In this document: piece by piece, positions 15,970-25,853 of the stretch | How the letters are laid out: each line of letters begins with the position of its first letter | Numbering within the stretch: position 1 is the stretch's first letter | NCBI GenBank assembly: GCA_009692275.1 | Contig: SHZL01000001.1 | Coordinates: forward strand, 1 to 39,059 | DNA length: 39,059 bases | Direction of reading: 5' to 3' | Source of the DNA: Lysobacterales bacterium | GTDB lineage: Bacteria > Pseudomonadota > Gammaproteobacteria > Xanthomonadales > SZUA-36 | Notes under the pieces: generated by a model | What the model was told of the DNA's origin: nothing | Seen by the model: only the letters and a program-made list of their open reading frames with translations | Databases searched by the model: none | Position numbers and translations under genes: made by a program

Positions 15970-18900
15970 TTACTCCAACTGCTCCTCCCGCACCCCGAAC
16001 CAGGCGGCATAGAGTGCGGGGAAAAACAACAAGGTCAATACGGTGGCCATGATCAGCCCACCCATGATGGCCACCGCCATCGGTCCGAAAAACACGCTGC
16101 GTGACAGCGGGATCATCGCCAGCACCGCCGCCATGGCGGTCAGGACGATGGGCCTGAAACGGCGCACCGTGGCGTCGATCAGGGCCTTGTAGGGTGTGCT
16201 CCCTGCCCCTACGTCTTGCTCGATCTGATCGGCCAGGATAATCGAGTTGCGCATGATCATGCCGGATAAAGCAATGGCGCCCAGCATCGCCACGAAACCA
16301 AAAGGCACCTGCAACACCAGCAGGAACAGGGTGACGCCGATCAGGCCCAGCGGCGCGGTCAGGAACACCATCAGGCTAAGCGAAATGCTGCGCAACTGCA
16401 GCATCAACAAACTGAAAGCCACCAGCAGGAATAACGGCACACCGGCCATCACCGAGCGCGAGCCCCGGCTGGAGTCCTCGACGGTTCCGCCAAGCTCCAG
16501 CAGGTAACCGCCGGGCATGGCCGCGCGTATTTGATCCAGCGCCGGCGCAATCTGCGCAACCACCGTGGCCGGCTGTTCCTTGCCGTAGATGTCGGCCCGC
16601 ACCGTCACGGTGGGCAGGCGGTTGCGGTGCCAGATGATGCCTTCTTCGAAACCGTACTCCAGGGTCGCCACCTGCGACAGCGGCACGCTGCGGCCATTGG
16701 TGGTGGGTATGGCCAGGCTGGACAGCAGCGACAGCCGGCTGCGCTCCTCCTGCGGACCGCGCAGCAATATCTCTATCAGCTCGTTGTCCTCGCGGTAGTA
16801 ACTCACGCGCGAACCGGACAGCGAGCCACGCAAAAACTCCGCCAGCTGGCTGGAATTTATGCCCAGTGCGCGGGCACGATCCTGGTCGAGACTCATGCGC
16901 ACCACCTTGCTCGGTTCCTGCCAGTCGAAATTGACGTTGCTGACATGCGGGTTGGCGCGCACCGCGTCAGCCACTTTCGCGGCCAGGCGATGCACCTCCT
17001 CGATGTGTTCTCCGGACACCCGGAACTGCAGCGGATAACCCACTGGCGGGCCGTTCTCCAGCCGCGACACGCGGCTGGTGATGTCCGGAAACTCGGTGTT
17101 CAAATAGTTGATCAGCCAAGTGCGAACGTTTTCACGCGCCTCAATATCGGGCATGAGCAACACAAACTGGGCAAAATTCGGGTTAGGCAGCTGCTGGTCC
17201 AGTGGCAGGTAAAACCGCGGCGAGCCGGTGCCGACATAAGCAACATAATTCTCGATGTCAGCGCGGCCTTTAAGGGCCTGTTCGAGCTTCTTGACCTGGG
17301 CTTCAGTGGCCAGCAGGGAGGAGCCTTCCGCCAGCTTCAGGTCAACCATCAGCTCCAGGCGGGTCGAGGCCGGGAAGAACTGCTGCGGCACGAAGCGAAA
17401 CAGCAGCAGGGAGGCAATAAAGGTGGCCACCGTGAAGACGATTACCGTGCGTCGGTGCTGCACGCACCAGACGACCATGCCGCGAAAGAACACATAAAAC
17501 CGGCTTGCATAGGGGTCGTGGCCGGCATGGCCGGAACCCTGACCCTTGTGTTTGAAGTCGGGCAACAGCCGGTTGCCGAGGTAGGGCACAAACAGCACTG
17601 CAGCCAGCCAGGACAATAACAGGGCCAGGGTCACAACCTGGAAGATGGAGCGCGTGTATTCACCCGTGCCGGACTGCGCGGTGGCAATGGGCAGGAAACC
17701 CGCTGCCGTAACCAGTGTGCCGCTAAGCATGGGAAAAGCCGTAGCCTTCCACATGTAGCTCGCTGCCTTCAGGCGGTCCCAGCCCTGCTCCATTTTCACC
17801 GCCATCATTTCCACCGCAATGATGGCATCGTCGACCAGCAAGCCCAGCGCCAGCACCAGGGCGCCGAGGGAAATCTTGTGCAAACCGATGCCGAAGTAGT
17901 ACATGGCGGCAAACGTCATCGCCAGCACCAGCGGAATCGACAGGGCAACCACCAGTCCGGTGCGCAGCCCTAGTGACAGGAAGCACACCAGCAGCACGAT
18001 AGCCACGGCCTCACCCAGCACGCGCACGAACTCGCCCACACCGGCACGCACTGCCTGTGGCTGGTCGGCAACCTTGGCCAGTTCCATGCCCAAAGGCAGG
18101 TCCAGCTGGATGCGCCGGAACTCAGCCTCGAGGCGATGCCCCAGGTCGACAATATTTCCACCCGGCTTCATCGCCACCGCAATGCCGATGGCGTCTTCGC
18201 CGAGGAAGCGCATGCGCGGCGCAGCGGGGTCACTGAAACCGCGCCGCACCGTGGCGACATCACCAATGCGGAATGTTCGTTCACCGACGCGGATGGGAAA
18301 ATCACGGATGACCTCCACCGAGTCGAACCGGCCTGACACGCGCAGCTGTACGCGATCACTCGGGGTTTCGAAAAATCCGGTCGGGATCACTGCATTTTGC
18401 GCCTCAAGTGTCTGCTGCACCTCAAACAAGGACACGCCGAGGGTTGCGAGCTTGGTGTTGCTGAGCTCAATGAAGATCTTCTCGTCCTGCAGGCCAACCA
18501 GGTTCACCTTGGCGACATCGGTCACGCGCTGCAGCTCCAACTCGATCCGTTCGGCGTAGTCCTTGAGCGTGGCATAGTCAAAGCCCGCGCCGGTGAGGGC
18601 ATAGATATTGCCGAAGGTATCGCCAAATTCATCATTGAAGAACGGCCCTATCACATCCTGCGGCAACTCGGCACGGACGTCGGAGACTTTCTTGCGCACC
18701 TGGTACCACAAGGGCGGGAGTTCAGCGGAGTGCATCGCATCGCGGGCCACGAATATCACCTGCGATTCACCCGGCCGGGAGAACGAGCGGATGAATTCGT
18801 AGTTGCCGGTCTCCATCAGTTTCTTTTCGATCCGGTCGGTGACCTGGCGGCCTACCTCCTCGGCGGTGGCGCCCGGCCAAAGTGTGCGCACCACCATGGC

Positions 18901-19038
18901 TTTGAAGGTAAAGGGCGGGTCTTCGGACTGGCCAAGACGGGTATAGGACCATGCACCCACCGCCGACAGCACGATGATGGCGTACAGCACCAGCGAGCGG
19001 TTGTGCAGTGCCCAGGCAGAGAGGTTGAAGTCGATCAT
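15970..19038 (-). CDS. RND efflux transporter permease (AcrB/HAE1-like)
   Basis: 1022 aa with the duplicated 1+5 TM architecture and large periplasmic loops. Conserved RND blocks are present (LVDDAIIAVEMM, IMRNSIILADQIEQD). Confidence 0.9.
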   Translation of the reverse strand: MIDFNLSAWALHNRSLVLYAIIVLSAVGAWSYTRLGQSEDPPFTFKAMVVRTLWPGATAEEVGRQVTDRIEKKLMETGNYEFIRSFSRPGESQVIFVARDAMHSAELPPLWYQVRKKVSDVRAELPQDVIGPFFNDEFGDTFGNIYALTGAGFDYATLKDYAERIELELQRVTDVAKVNLVGLQDEKIFIELSNTKLATLGVSLFEVQQTLEAQNAVIPTGFFETPSDRVQLRVSGRFDSVEVIRDFPIRVGERTFRIGDVATVRRGFSDPAAPRMRFLGEDAIGIAVAMKPGGNIVDLGHRLEAEFRRIQLDLPLGMELAKVADQPQAVRAGVGEFVRVLGEAVAIVLLVCFLSLGLRTGLVVALSIPLVLAMTFAAMYYFGIGLHKISLGALVLALGLLVDDAIIAVEMMAVKMEQGWDRLKAASYMWKATAFPMLSGTLVTAAGFLPIATAQSGTGEYTRSIFQVVTLALLLSWLAAVLFVPYLGNRLLPDFKHKGQGSGHAGHDPYASRFYVFFRGMVVWCVQHRRTVIVFTVATFIASLLLFRFVPQQFFPASTRLELMVDLKLAEGSSLLATEAQVKKLEQALKGRADIENYVAYVGTGSPRFYLPLDQQLPNPNFAQFVLLMPDIEARENVRTWLINYLNTEFPDITSRVSRLENGPPVGYPLQFRVSGEHIEEVHRLAAKVADAVRANPHVSNVNFDWQEPSKVVRMSLDQDRARALGINSSQLAEFLRGSLSGSRVSYYREDNELIEILLRGPQEERSRLSLLSSLAIPTTNGRSVPLSQVATLEYGFEEGIIWHRNRLPTVTVRADIYGKEQPATVVAQIAPALDQIRAAMPGGYLLELGGTVEDSSRGSRSVMAGVPLFLLVAFSLLMLQLRSISLSLMVFLTAPLGLIGVTLFLLVLQVPFGFVAMLGAIALSGMIMRNSIILADQIEQDVGAGSTPYKALIDATVRRFRPIVLTAMAAVLAMIPLSRSVFFGPMAVAIMGGLIMATVLTLLFFPALYAAWFGVREEQLE

Positions 19039-19095
19039 GCGATCAGCTCAGCGCAGAGGCAGTTCATTGGGCCGGCAGTTCATGCAGGTAGCCGT

Positions 19096-20223
19096 TCAGC
19101 GAACACCGGGCTCTGCCGCAGCCGGTGGTGCGGACAGCACCACGGGGCGGTTCTGCTGGTCGATGGGCTTGATCAGCTGGCCGTCCCGCAGCAGGTGCAC
19201 ACCGGTAGCGACCACCCAATCGCCGGATGACACGCCCGCGATAACCGGCACTTCGGTTTCGCCGAACGGGCCAATCTGCACCGGCGTCAGTCGTACCCGT
19301 GAACTTTGCGGGTCGACGATCCACACCGCCGGTTGCCCAGCGCTGGAGTACAGGGCCGAGAGCGGCAGGGCCAGGCTGGGTGAGCCGGACCCGGTGGTAT
19401 AAACCCGGGCACTTTGGCCCAGCTCTACCGGCAGCCCGGTTTCTGCAAGACTGACCCGGGCGGCAAACGTACGTGAAGCGGCATCGGCGGCGGGCGAGAT
19501 TTCCCGCAGGCGGGCGGGAATGAGTGTGCCCGGCGTGGCCCACAACTCGACCAGCAGTTCCTTGCCGGGCGTGAACTCTGCGGCGCTTTGCTCGGGCACG
19601 CTGATGACAACTTCCCGTTCACCCTCGACGGCCAGCAGAAAAATACTCTGGCCGGCTGCCACGACCTGGCCGGCCTCGGCATAACGCTGCACGATCACAC
19701 CCGCATCAGGGGCACGCAATTGGGTATAGCTCAACTGGTTGCTGGCTGTCGTTGCCTGGGCACGCGCCTGGCGCAGGCGCGCCTGGGCGACCTGGAAAGC
19801 CGCATCCTGGGCTTCGAACTGCGAGGCGCTGATCAGCTTGCGCTCGAGCAGGCTGCGGTGCCGTTCAAGTTCTGCCTTGGCCAGCGCCAAGTCCGCTTCA
19901 GCCGAGGCCTGTTGGGCGCGCGCAGCCTCAAGCTGCAGGTCCAGATCCACCGGGTCGAGCCTGGCCAATACCTGCCCGGACTGGACCTGGTCGCCGACAT
20001 CAGCTTCGCGCCGGATCATCTTGCCGTTAAAGCGGAAGGCCAGCGCGGGTTCGTAGCGCGCCCGTACTTCACCGGCGAACAGCGTACCAAGCGGCATGCC
20101 GGCGCTGACCTGCACGACCATGGCCGGCCGGGTGGGCTCTTCAGTTGGGCCCTGGTCGGTGCACGCCGCAAGAAGTAGCGCCAGGGCGACAACTGCTGCT
20201 TGAGTTGATCGAAGTAGATTCAT
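19096..20223 (-). CDS. RND efflux periplasmic adaptor (membrane fusion protein), lipoprotein
   Basis: ATG 20223 gives MNLLRSTQAAVVALALLLAAC with a lipobox. A coiled-coil hairpin (LQLEAARAQQASAEADLALAKAELER) and a barrel/MP domain follow. It lies directly upstream of the RND pump. Confidence 0.85.
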   Translation of the reverse strand: MNLLRSTQAAVVALALLLAACTDQGPTEEPTRPAMVVQVSAGMPLGTLFAGEVRARYEPALAFRFNGKMIRREADVGDQVQSGQVLARLDPVDLDLQLEAARAQQASAEADLALAKAELERHRSLLERKLISASQFEAQDAAFQVAQARLRQARAQATTASNQLSYTQLRAPDAGVIVQRYAEAGQVVAAGQSIFLLAVEGEREVVISVPEQSAAEFTPGKELLVELWATPGTLIPARLREISPAADAASRTFAARVSLAETGLPVELGQSARVYTTGSGSPSLALPLSALYSSAGQPAVWIVDPQSSRVRLTPVQIGPFGETEVPVIAGVSSGDWVVATGVHLLRDGQLIKPIDQQNRPVVLSAPPAAAEPGVR

Positions 20224-20246
20224 GGGGGAAACGACCAGCCAAGGCA

Positions 20247-20350
20247 ACGAAGGGCCCGACGAAGGGCCCAGCGAAGGAAAGGGGCAGTGTAGGGGAATTC
20301 AGCTGGAGCCTCAACCTCAGGCGTTGGCACATCGGGCGTTGGCGCATCGG
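20247..20350. promoter_or_regulatory. Two sets of tandem direct repeats in a divergent promoter region (candidate operator sites)
   Basis: ACGAAGGGCCCG / ACGAAGGGCCCA / GCGAAGGAAA at 20247-20280, where each full unit contains palindromic GGGCCC. GCGTTGGCACATCGG / GCGTTGGCGCATCGG at 20321-20350 are adjacent 15-mers with one mismatch. The region lies between the adaptor start (20223) and the TolB-like gene start (20415). Confidence 0.35.
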
Positions 20351-20414
20351 GTTGTGCAGCGAGATGGCAGGCGGTTTTTCGTGCTACTATTTTTGCCCGT
20401 CCAGGAACCTGTCC

Positions 20415-22979
20415 ATGGCCACTTCACGCTTGATTCTTCGCTCTTTGTTTTTCACGTTGTTTGGGCTGCTTCTGGCCGCGCCGGCCCTGGCCGAACGCCA
20501 GACCGTGTTGCAGCAGATAGCCATGCCGCACAACTATTACTTTCGCGAAATGTACCTGCCGCAATTGACCAGTGGGCCCTCATCCGTCGCCTGGTCACCG
20601 GATGGCAGCAGGCTGGTGTATTCCATGCAGGGCAGCCTGTGGGTGCAGGCGCTGGATTCAACCAGTGCACGGCAAATCACCACCGGTCCCGGCTACGACT
20701 ACCAGCCCGACTGGTCACCCGATGGCAAGACCATCGTGTTTACGCGCTACCTGCACGATGCAATGGAACTCCAGCTGCTCGACCTCGGCAGCGGGGAGGT
20801 CAGGCGTGTGACGGAAACGGGTGCAGTCAACGTCGAGCCGCGCTGGTCGCCGGATGGTGCAAAAATTGCCTGGGTAAGTACGGCCGGCACCGGCCGGTTT
20901 CACATCCTGGTGGGTGCTTTCGGGCCTGGCGTTCTGAGCGGCGAAAGCCTGCAGGCACCCCGGAAAAGTGCCACGCCGCGAATCTACCACAGCGAGTTTG
21001 ACCATGAGCTCAGCCCCGCCTGGTCACCCGATGGCACTGAGCTGATCTTTGTCAGCAACCCGGAAAACGCCTACGGCACCGGTGGCTTGTGGCGGCGCGG
21101 CCTGGATGCCAATGCCACGCCCGTCCTGGTGCGCGCCGAGGAAACCACCTGGAAAGCCCGTCCCGACTGGTCGCCGGATGGCAAGCGCATCATCTGGTCT
21201 TCCTACCAGGGCCGCCAGTGGCACCAGTTGTGGCTGACCACCAGTGCAGGAGACGGCGATCCCCTGCCCTTAAGCTACGGCGAATTTGATATCACTGCGG
21301 CACGCTGGGCGCCCGATGGCCGATCCATTGCTTATGTGTCCAACGAACCGGACCACTCCGGTTTGTGGGTGCTGGAGTTGCCGGGCGGGCGCAAGTACCG
21401 CATTGAGGCGCAACAGCGCGAGTATCTCCACCTTATGGGCAGTCTCGCCCTGCAGGTGGTGGATGAAACCGGCGCTGCCGTTGCCGCACGAGTATCCATT
21501 ACGGGCAGCGATGGCCGCAGCTACGCCCCGGCGGAGGCCTGGATCCACGCCGATGACGCCTTTGACCGCAGCGACCGTGAGTTTGAGACCCACTACTTCC
21601 ACGTTGCTGGCGCAGCCACGGTCCAGTTGCCGGCAGGGAAAGCGGAAATTACGGTGTGGCGCGGGCTGGAACACGCCATCGCACGGCGCACGGTTGAGGT
21701 CAGCTCCGGCCGGGGTAACCGCCTCACGGTGCAGTCTGTGCCCCTGGGCATACCGCAGGACTGGAAGAATCAATGGCACAGCGGCGATGTGCACGTACAC
21801 ATGAACTACGCCGGGACCTACCGCAATACGCCCTCCCGCCTGGTGGAGCAGGCTACTGCGGAAGATCTGGACCTGGTATTCAACCTGATCGTGAACAAGG
21901 AACAGCGCATACCGGACATTGCCTATTTCTCCACGGCGCCCGATGACTCCAGCACCACCGCGGTGCTGTTGCTGCACGCACAGGAATTCCACACCGGCTA
22001 CTGGGGCCACCTCGGCTTGCTGGGCCTGCAGGATCATTTCCTGCTGCCGGGCTACTCAGCCTACCCCAATACGGGCCTGGCCAGTCCTTACCCGGACAAC
22101 GACACGGTGGCCGACCTGGCCCACCAGCAGGGTGCCCTGGTGGGTTACGTGCACCCCTTCGACACCTTGCCCGACCCGGACCATGACCCCGACCATGACA
22201 CTGCGCTGACCAATGGGCTGCCCGTAGACGTAGCGCTGGGCAAAGTGGATTACTACGAGGTCAGCGGTTTTGCCGACTATCGCCCTACCCAAGAGCTCTG
22301 GTATCGCTTGCTCAACTGTGGATTCAGGCTGACCGCCGCTGGCGGCACGGATGCCATGGCCAACTTTGCATCCCTGCGCGGCCCGGTGGGCCTCAACCGG
22401 GTGTACGTGCTGACCGCAGCGGGACCCCCTGATCCCGCCGCGCGCCGTGATCGCTGGTTGAGCGGCCTCAAGGCTGGCCATACCATGGCCACCAATGGGC
22501 CCATCCTGTCGTTTGCCCTTGCCGGCCAGCCACCGGGCGGCGAGCTCAGCCTGCCTGCAGGTGAGCATACGCTGGAATTCAGCGGCTTCATGCAGTCGCT
22601 GGTTTCCATCGACCACCTGGAAGTAGTGCAAAACGGCAAGGTAGTGCAAACCCTGGAGATGAACAAGGCACGCAATGCGGCACAATTTACCGGGCAGCTG
22701 AAGCTATCCGCCAGCGCCTGGGTGGTGCTGCGTGCCTGGAATGAAGACAGCAGCCCGGACATTTTCGACCGTTTCCCCTTTGCCACGACCAACCCGGTGT
22801 TCGTCGAAGTGGGCGGGCAAGCACTGCGCTCGCCTGAGGATGCGGACTACTTCCTGCGCTGGATTGCCAGCATGCGGGAGCAAACCGTGGCGAACACGGC
22901 TTACAATACGGCGGCTGAGCGGGAGGATGTTCTTTCCTCCATTGATGCGGCTGCCGCGGTTTTCGAGCAACGAAAGTGA
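20415..22979 (+). CDS. Secreted TolB-like beta-propeller fused to a PHP/CehA-McbA-type metallohydrolase domain
   Basis: Six W(S/A)PDG propeller repeats (WSPDGSRLV, WSPDGKTIV, WSPDGAKIA, WSPDGTELI, WSPDGKRII, WAPDGRSIA). The C-terminal half carries HSGDVHVHMNYAG and HAQEFHTGYWGH metal-ligand motifs. ATG 20415 gives signal peptide MATSRLILRSLFFTLFGLLLAAPALA. Confidence 0.8.
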   Translation: MATSRLILRSLFFTLFGLLLAAPALAERQTVLQQIAMPHNYYFREMYLPQLTSGPSSVAWSPDGSRLVYSMQGSLWVQALDSTSARQITTGPGYDYQPDWSPDGKTIVFTRYLHDAMELQLLDLGSGEVRRVTETGAVNVEPRWSPDGAKIAWVSTAGTGRFHILVGAFGPGVLSGESLQAPRKSATPRIYHSEFDHELSPAWSPDGTELIFVSNPENAYGTGGLWRRGLDANATPVLVRAEETTWKARPDWSPDGKRIIWSSYQGRQWHQLWLTTSAGDGDPLPLSYGEFDITAARWAPDGRSIAYVSNEPDHSGLWVLELPGGRKYRIEAQQREYLHLMGSLALQVVDETGAAVAARVSITGSDGRSYAPAEAWIHADDAFDRSDREFETHYFHVAGAATVQLPAGKAEITVWRGLEHAIARRTVEVSSGRGNRLTVQSVPLGIPQDWKNQWHSGDVHVHMNYAGTYRNTPSRLVEQATAEDLDLVFNLIVNKEQRIPDIAYFSTAPDDSSTTAVLLLHAQEFHTGYWGHLGLLGLQDHFLLPGYSAYPNTGLASPYPDNDTVADLAHQQGALVGYVHPFDTLPDPDHDPDHDTALTNGLPVDVALGKVDYYEVSGFADYRPTQELWYRLLNCGFRLTAAGGTDAMANFASLRGPVGLNRVYVLTAAGPPDPAARRDRWLSGLKAGHTMATNGPILSFALAGQPPGGELSLPAGEHTLEFSGFMQSLVSIDHLEVVQNGKVVQTLEMNKARNAAQFTGQLKLSASAWVVLRAWNEDSSPDIFDRFPFATTNPVFVEVGGQALRSPEDADYFLRWIASMREQTVANTAYNTAAEREDVLSSIDAAAAVFEQRK

Positions 22980-23137
22980 CCTGTAACAGAGAAATCGAAA
23001 GCAGCTCGCTGGTTCTGGCGGCGCCTGGCTTGATCTTCACTCGGCCGATAGCTATGGCTATCAACCTCGCTCCAGACCGGCGCCAGCCACCGCCATCCCT
23101 GCGCGATCCCTCTCCCACTCTCGCTGTTACAGGCCAC
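22976..23137. repeat. Inverted repeat bracketing the whole intergenic spacer
   Basis: GTGACCTGTAACAGAGA (22976-22992, containing the TGA stop) and CTCTCGCTGTTACAGGCCAC (23118-23137, ending 2 nt before the GTG start at 23140). The core CCTGTAACAG/CTGTTACAGG is perfect. Confidence 0.5.
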
Positions 23138-23139
23138 TA

Positions 23140-25836
23140 GTGATGGCTGCAGCAGCGGCGCGCGTAAAACGATTTGCCTGCCTCTGCGGGGCTTTGTTTG
23201 CCGGACTGATGCTGGCGCCGCTACCGGCTGCAGCCTGGCTCGACCTTGCTGCTGCGCACGTTGAACACCTGCAAAACGGCATGACGCTGATCGTGCTGGA
23301 AGACCACAGCCTGCCGGTGGCGAGTGTGCAAATGCTCTACCGGGTGGGCGCGCGCAACGAAACGGCGGGCGCGACCGGCCTGGCCCATTTCCTCGAACAC
23401 ATGGCGTTTCGCGATTCAGCCAATTTCCCGGACACGCAGTTGGTCAGCTCGATCTATGCGGCCGGCGGCGAATGGCATGGCTATACCTGGCTGGACCAGA
23501 CCACGTATTTCGCCACGGCGCCCAAAGAGAGCCTGGATTTGCTCCTGCGCATCGAAGCGGACCGCATGGCGCGACTGGAGATTTCCGCAGCGGATGTGGA
23601 CGTGGAGCGCGGCGCAGTCCTTACCGAGATGCACAGCTACGAAAATGATCCGGCTTCGGTACTGCAGGATAACGTGATGTACCTGGTTTTTCTGGCCCAC
23701 CCCTACCGCAACAACACCATAGGCTGGGAAAGCGATGTCGCCGCGATCAGCCACGATGAAATCGTGGCCTTTTACCGGCAGAACTACCACCCGGGCAATG
23801 CCATTCTTGCCGTGGTGGGCGATGTAAACAGCAAAGCCGTGGTGCAGCAGGTCAATGCCCTGTTCGCCGAAATTCCGGGCAAGCCGGCAACGCCGCTGCC
23901 ACACACGGTCGAGCCAGTGCAAAACGGCGAACGCCGCATGCGCCTGCAAGGCGAGCTGGACGGGAAATATCTCAAGATCGTCTACCGCGCACCGGCAGCC
24001 AACAGCTCTGATTATGCCGCCTTCCTGCTCGCGCAGGACATCCTGGCCGGTGGTTCGGGGGTCAGTTTCCTGCAGAACGACTGGGGAACGCCGGTGCGCG
24101 CTGATGCGCCGCTGGGCCAGATTGCCAATAGCGTGAATCCGGGGGCTGGTAGTGGCGGCGAAGTCAGCACGTGGTTCCCTCCCTCGGCGCAGGACTATGT
24201 GTTTGCCATCAACGGCCTGTTCGCGCCGGACGCCGACGAAACCGCCACTGAATCCGCCATTGAGCAGCAGATTCGCGCCACGCAGCAGTGGCTGCAAGCC
24301 GGCGATGAAACCGCACAGCATGCCCTGGACCTTGCCAGGCAACGGGTGCTGCGCGAACTCGTTTTCGATGTAGAAACTACCGAAGACGCAGCCCATCAAC
24401 TGGCATTTTTTGCCGGACTGGATGCGCTGGACGCGCTGCAGACCCTGCCCCAGACCGTGGCCACCAGCAGCACCCTGGATGTCGCCAATGTCATGGCCAG
24501 GTACCTGCGCAGCGATAGAAGAAACATTGCCTGGTATGTACCTTTTGCAGCATCCGGCGTCGCCGCATCCGGGCCCCCGGTCACAGGCTCCGAAGTCCTG
24601 GCAGCCGCAGCCATAGAACCCAAAGGCCTAAAACCTGAAGATGCAAAACCTCAAGATGCAAAATCCAGGCGCTCAAAATCCGCACGCTTAATTGCTGCGA
24701 CAAACAGCCAGCCGGAGCTGCGGCGGTTGAGCAATGGTCTGCCGGTCCTGCTGCAGCGCTCTGCCCTGTCGACTACGCTTAGCCTGCGGGTCATCACAGC
24801 AGGGGCGGATTTTCCCGCAAGCAATGCGACTGAAGGGCCAGTCCAGGCAGCCATAGGGTACAACCAGCCGAGCTGGGGTTTGTCCTCCCTGGGATTTGAT
24901 GTGTTACCAGATGAGCTCGGGGCGGCCATCGGTGAGGCGCGCAGGGTGCTGGAGTCAGCGGTCAGTGCGGCCGCTGCTGGCGCAACAACAAGCCCGCCCG
25001 CCAGTGACCGTGACCCGGCCGAGGTCCTGCAAGCGTACTTCAGCGAGATCCTGGGTCTGAGTCCGAGTCCTGGTGCGGCGGCCGGTGCATCTGTGGGTAA
25101 AACTCCCGTAGCCCCGCTGCTGCTGGTGCTCAGTGGTGATTTCGCTGCAGGGGACGCGTTAAGGCAACTCGAAAAAAGCTTTGGCGATTTCCCTACCACT
25201 TCGTCCACCGCCCCGGCTGAACCGGTTGACGCGCGGACTGCAAACACCCCGGCCATGAACATCGAGTCCACCCTGCCGCTGCCGGTCGCACAGGTGCAAC
25301 TGGGTTACGTGGTGCGGGCGCCTGCGCCCGGCGAAACTGCTGCCGCCGCGTGGCAAATGGCCTTGTACATTTTCAGCCACCAGTACGAAGGACGGCTGGG
25401 ACAGGAAGCCATCGCCAACCGGGGCTTGATTTATTACATCGGCAGCGACTACCAGACCGATGGCCACACCGGCTGGATCACGCTGGACATGGGGGTGGAT
25501 CCCGACACGTTGCCGGCAATGCAGCAATTGTTCCGCGCCACGCTGAACGAACTGGTGGATCGCCCACCGTCACAGCAGGAGGTGGACGAAGCACGCCATC
25601 ATCTGCTGGGCCGCTACCGCAGTGCCGCCCAGAGTAACGCCGAACTGGCAGACCGCCTTGCGCGTGACTGGTTATGGTATGGCCAGCCGCTCACTTATGG
25701 AGAATTACAACACCGGCTCAACGCCGTGCAGCGCCAGGACATTATCGACTTGCTGCCGGCCTTCATCGGCGGAACCACGGTATCGATCCTCAATCCCCCA
25801 CCCCAACCTGAACCTTTACCCGCGCCCGGCCGTTGA
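23140..25836 (+). CDS. Secreted M16 (pitrilysin/insulinase) family zinc peptidase, two-unit fused form
   Basis: Inverted zinc motif HFLEHMAF in the N-terminal unit, and a second M16-like inactive unit in the C-terminal half. Hydrophobic signal sequence. Start is GTG 23140 or ATG 23143. Confidence 0.85.
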   Translation: MMAAAAARVKRFACLCGALFAGLMLAPLPAAAWLDLAAAHVEHLQNGMTLIVLEDHSLPVASVQMLYRVGARNETAGATGLAHFLEHMAFRDSANFPDTQLVSSIYAAGGEWHGYTWLDQTTYFATAPKESLDLLLRIEADRMARLEISAADVDVERGAVLTEMHSYENDPASVLQDNVMYLVFLAHPYRNNTIGWESDVAAISHDEIVAFYRQNYHPGNAILAVVGDVNSKAVVQQVNALFAEIPGKPATPLPHTVEPVQNGERRMRLQGELDGKYLKIVYRAPAANSSDYAAFLLAQDILAGGSGVSFLQNDWGTPVRADAPLGQIANSVNPGAGSGGEVSTWFPPSAQDYVFAINGLFAPDADETATESAIEQQIRATQQWLQAGDETAQHALDLARQRVLRELVFDVETTEDAAHQLAFFAGLDALDALQTLPQTVATSSTLDVANVMARYLRSDRRNIAWYVPFAASGVAASGPPVTGSEVLAAAAIEPKGLKPEDAKPQDAKSRRSKSARLIAATNSQPELRRLSNGLPVLLQRSALSTTLSLRVITAGADFPASNATEGPVQAAIGYNQPSWGLSSLGFDVLPDELGAAIGEARRVLESAVSAAAAGATTSPPASDRDPAEVLQAYFSEILGLSPSPGAAAGASVGKTPVAPLLLVLSGDFAAGDALRQLEKSFGDFPTTSSTAPAEPVDARTANTPAMNIESTLPLPVAQVQLGYVVRAPAPGETAAAAWQMALYIFSHQYEGRLGQEAIANRGLIYYIGSDYQTDGHTGWITLDMGVDPDTLPAMQQLFRATLNELVDRPPSQQEVDEARHHLLGRYRSAAQSNAELADRLARDWLWYGQPLTYGELQHRLNAVQRQDIIDLLPAFIGGTTVSILNPPPQPEPLPAPGR

Positions 25837-25853
25837 AGATTCAATAGCGGTTT

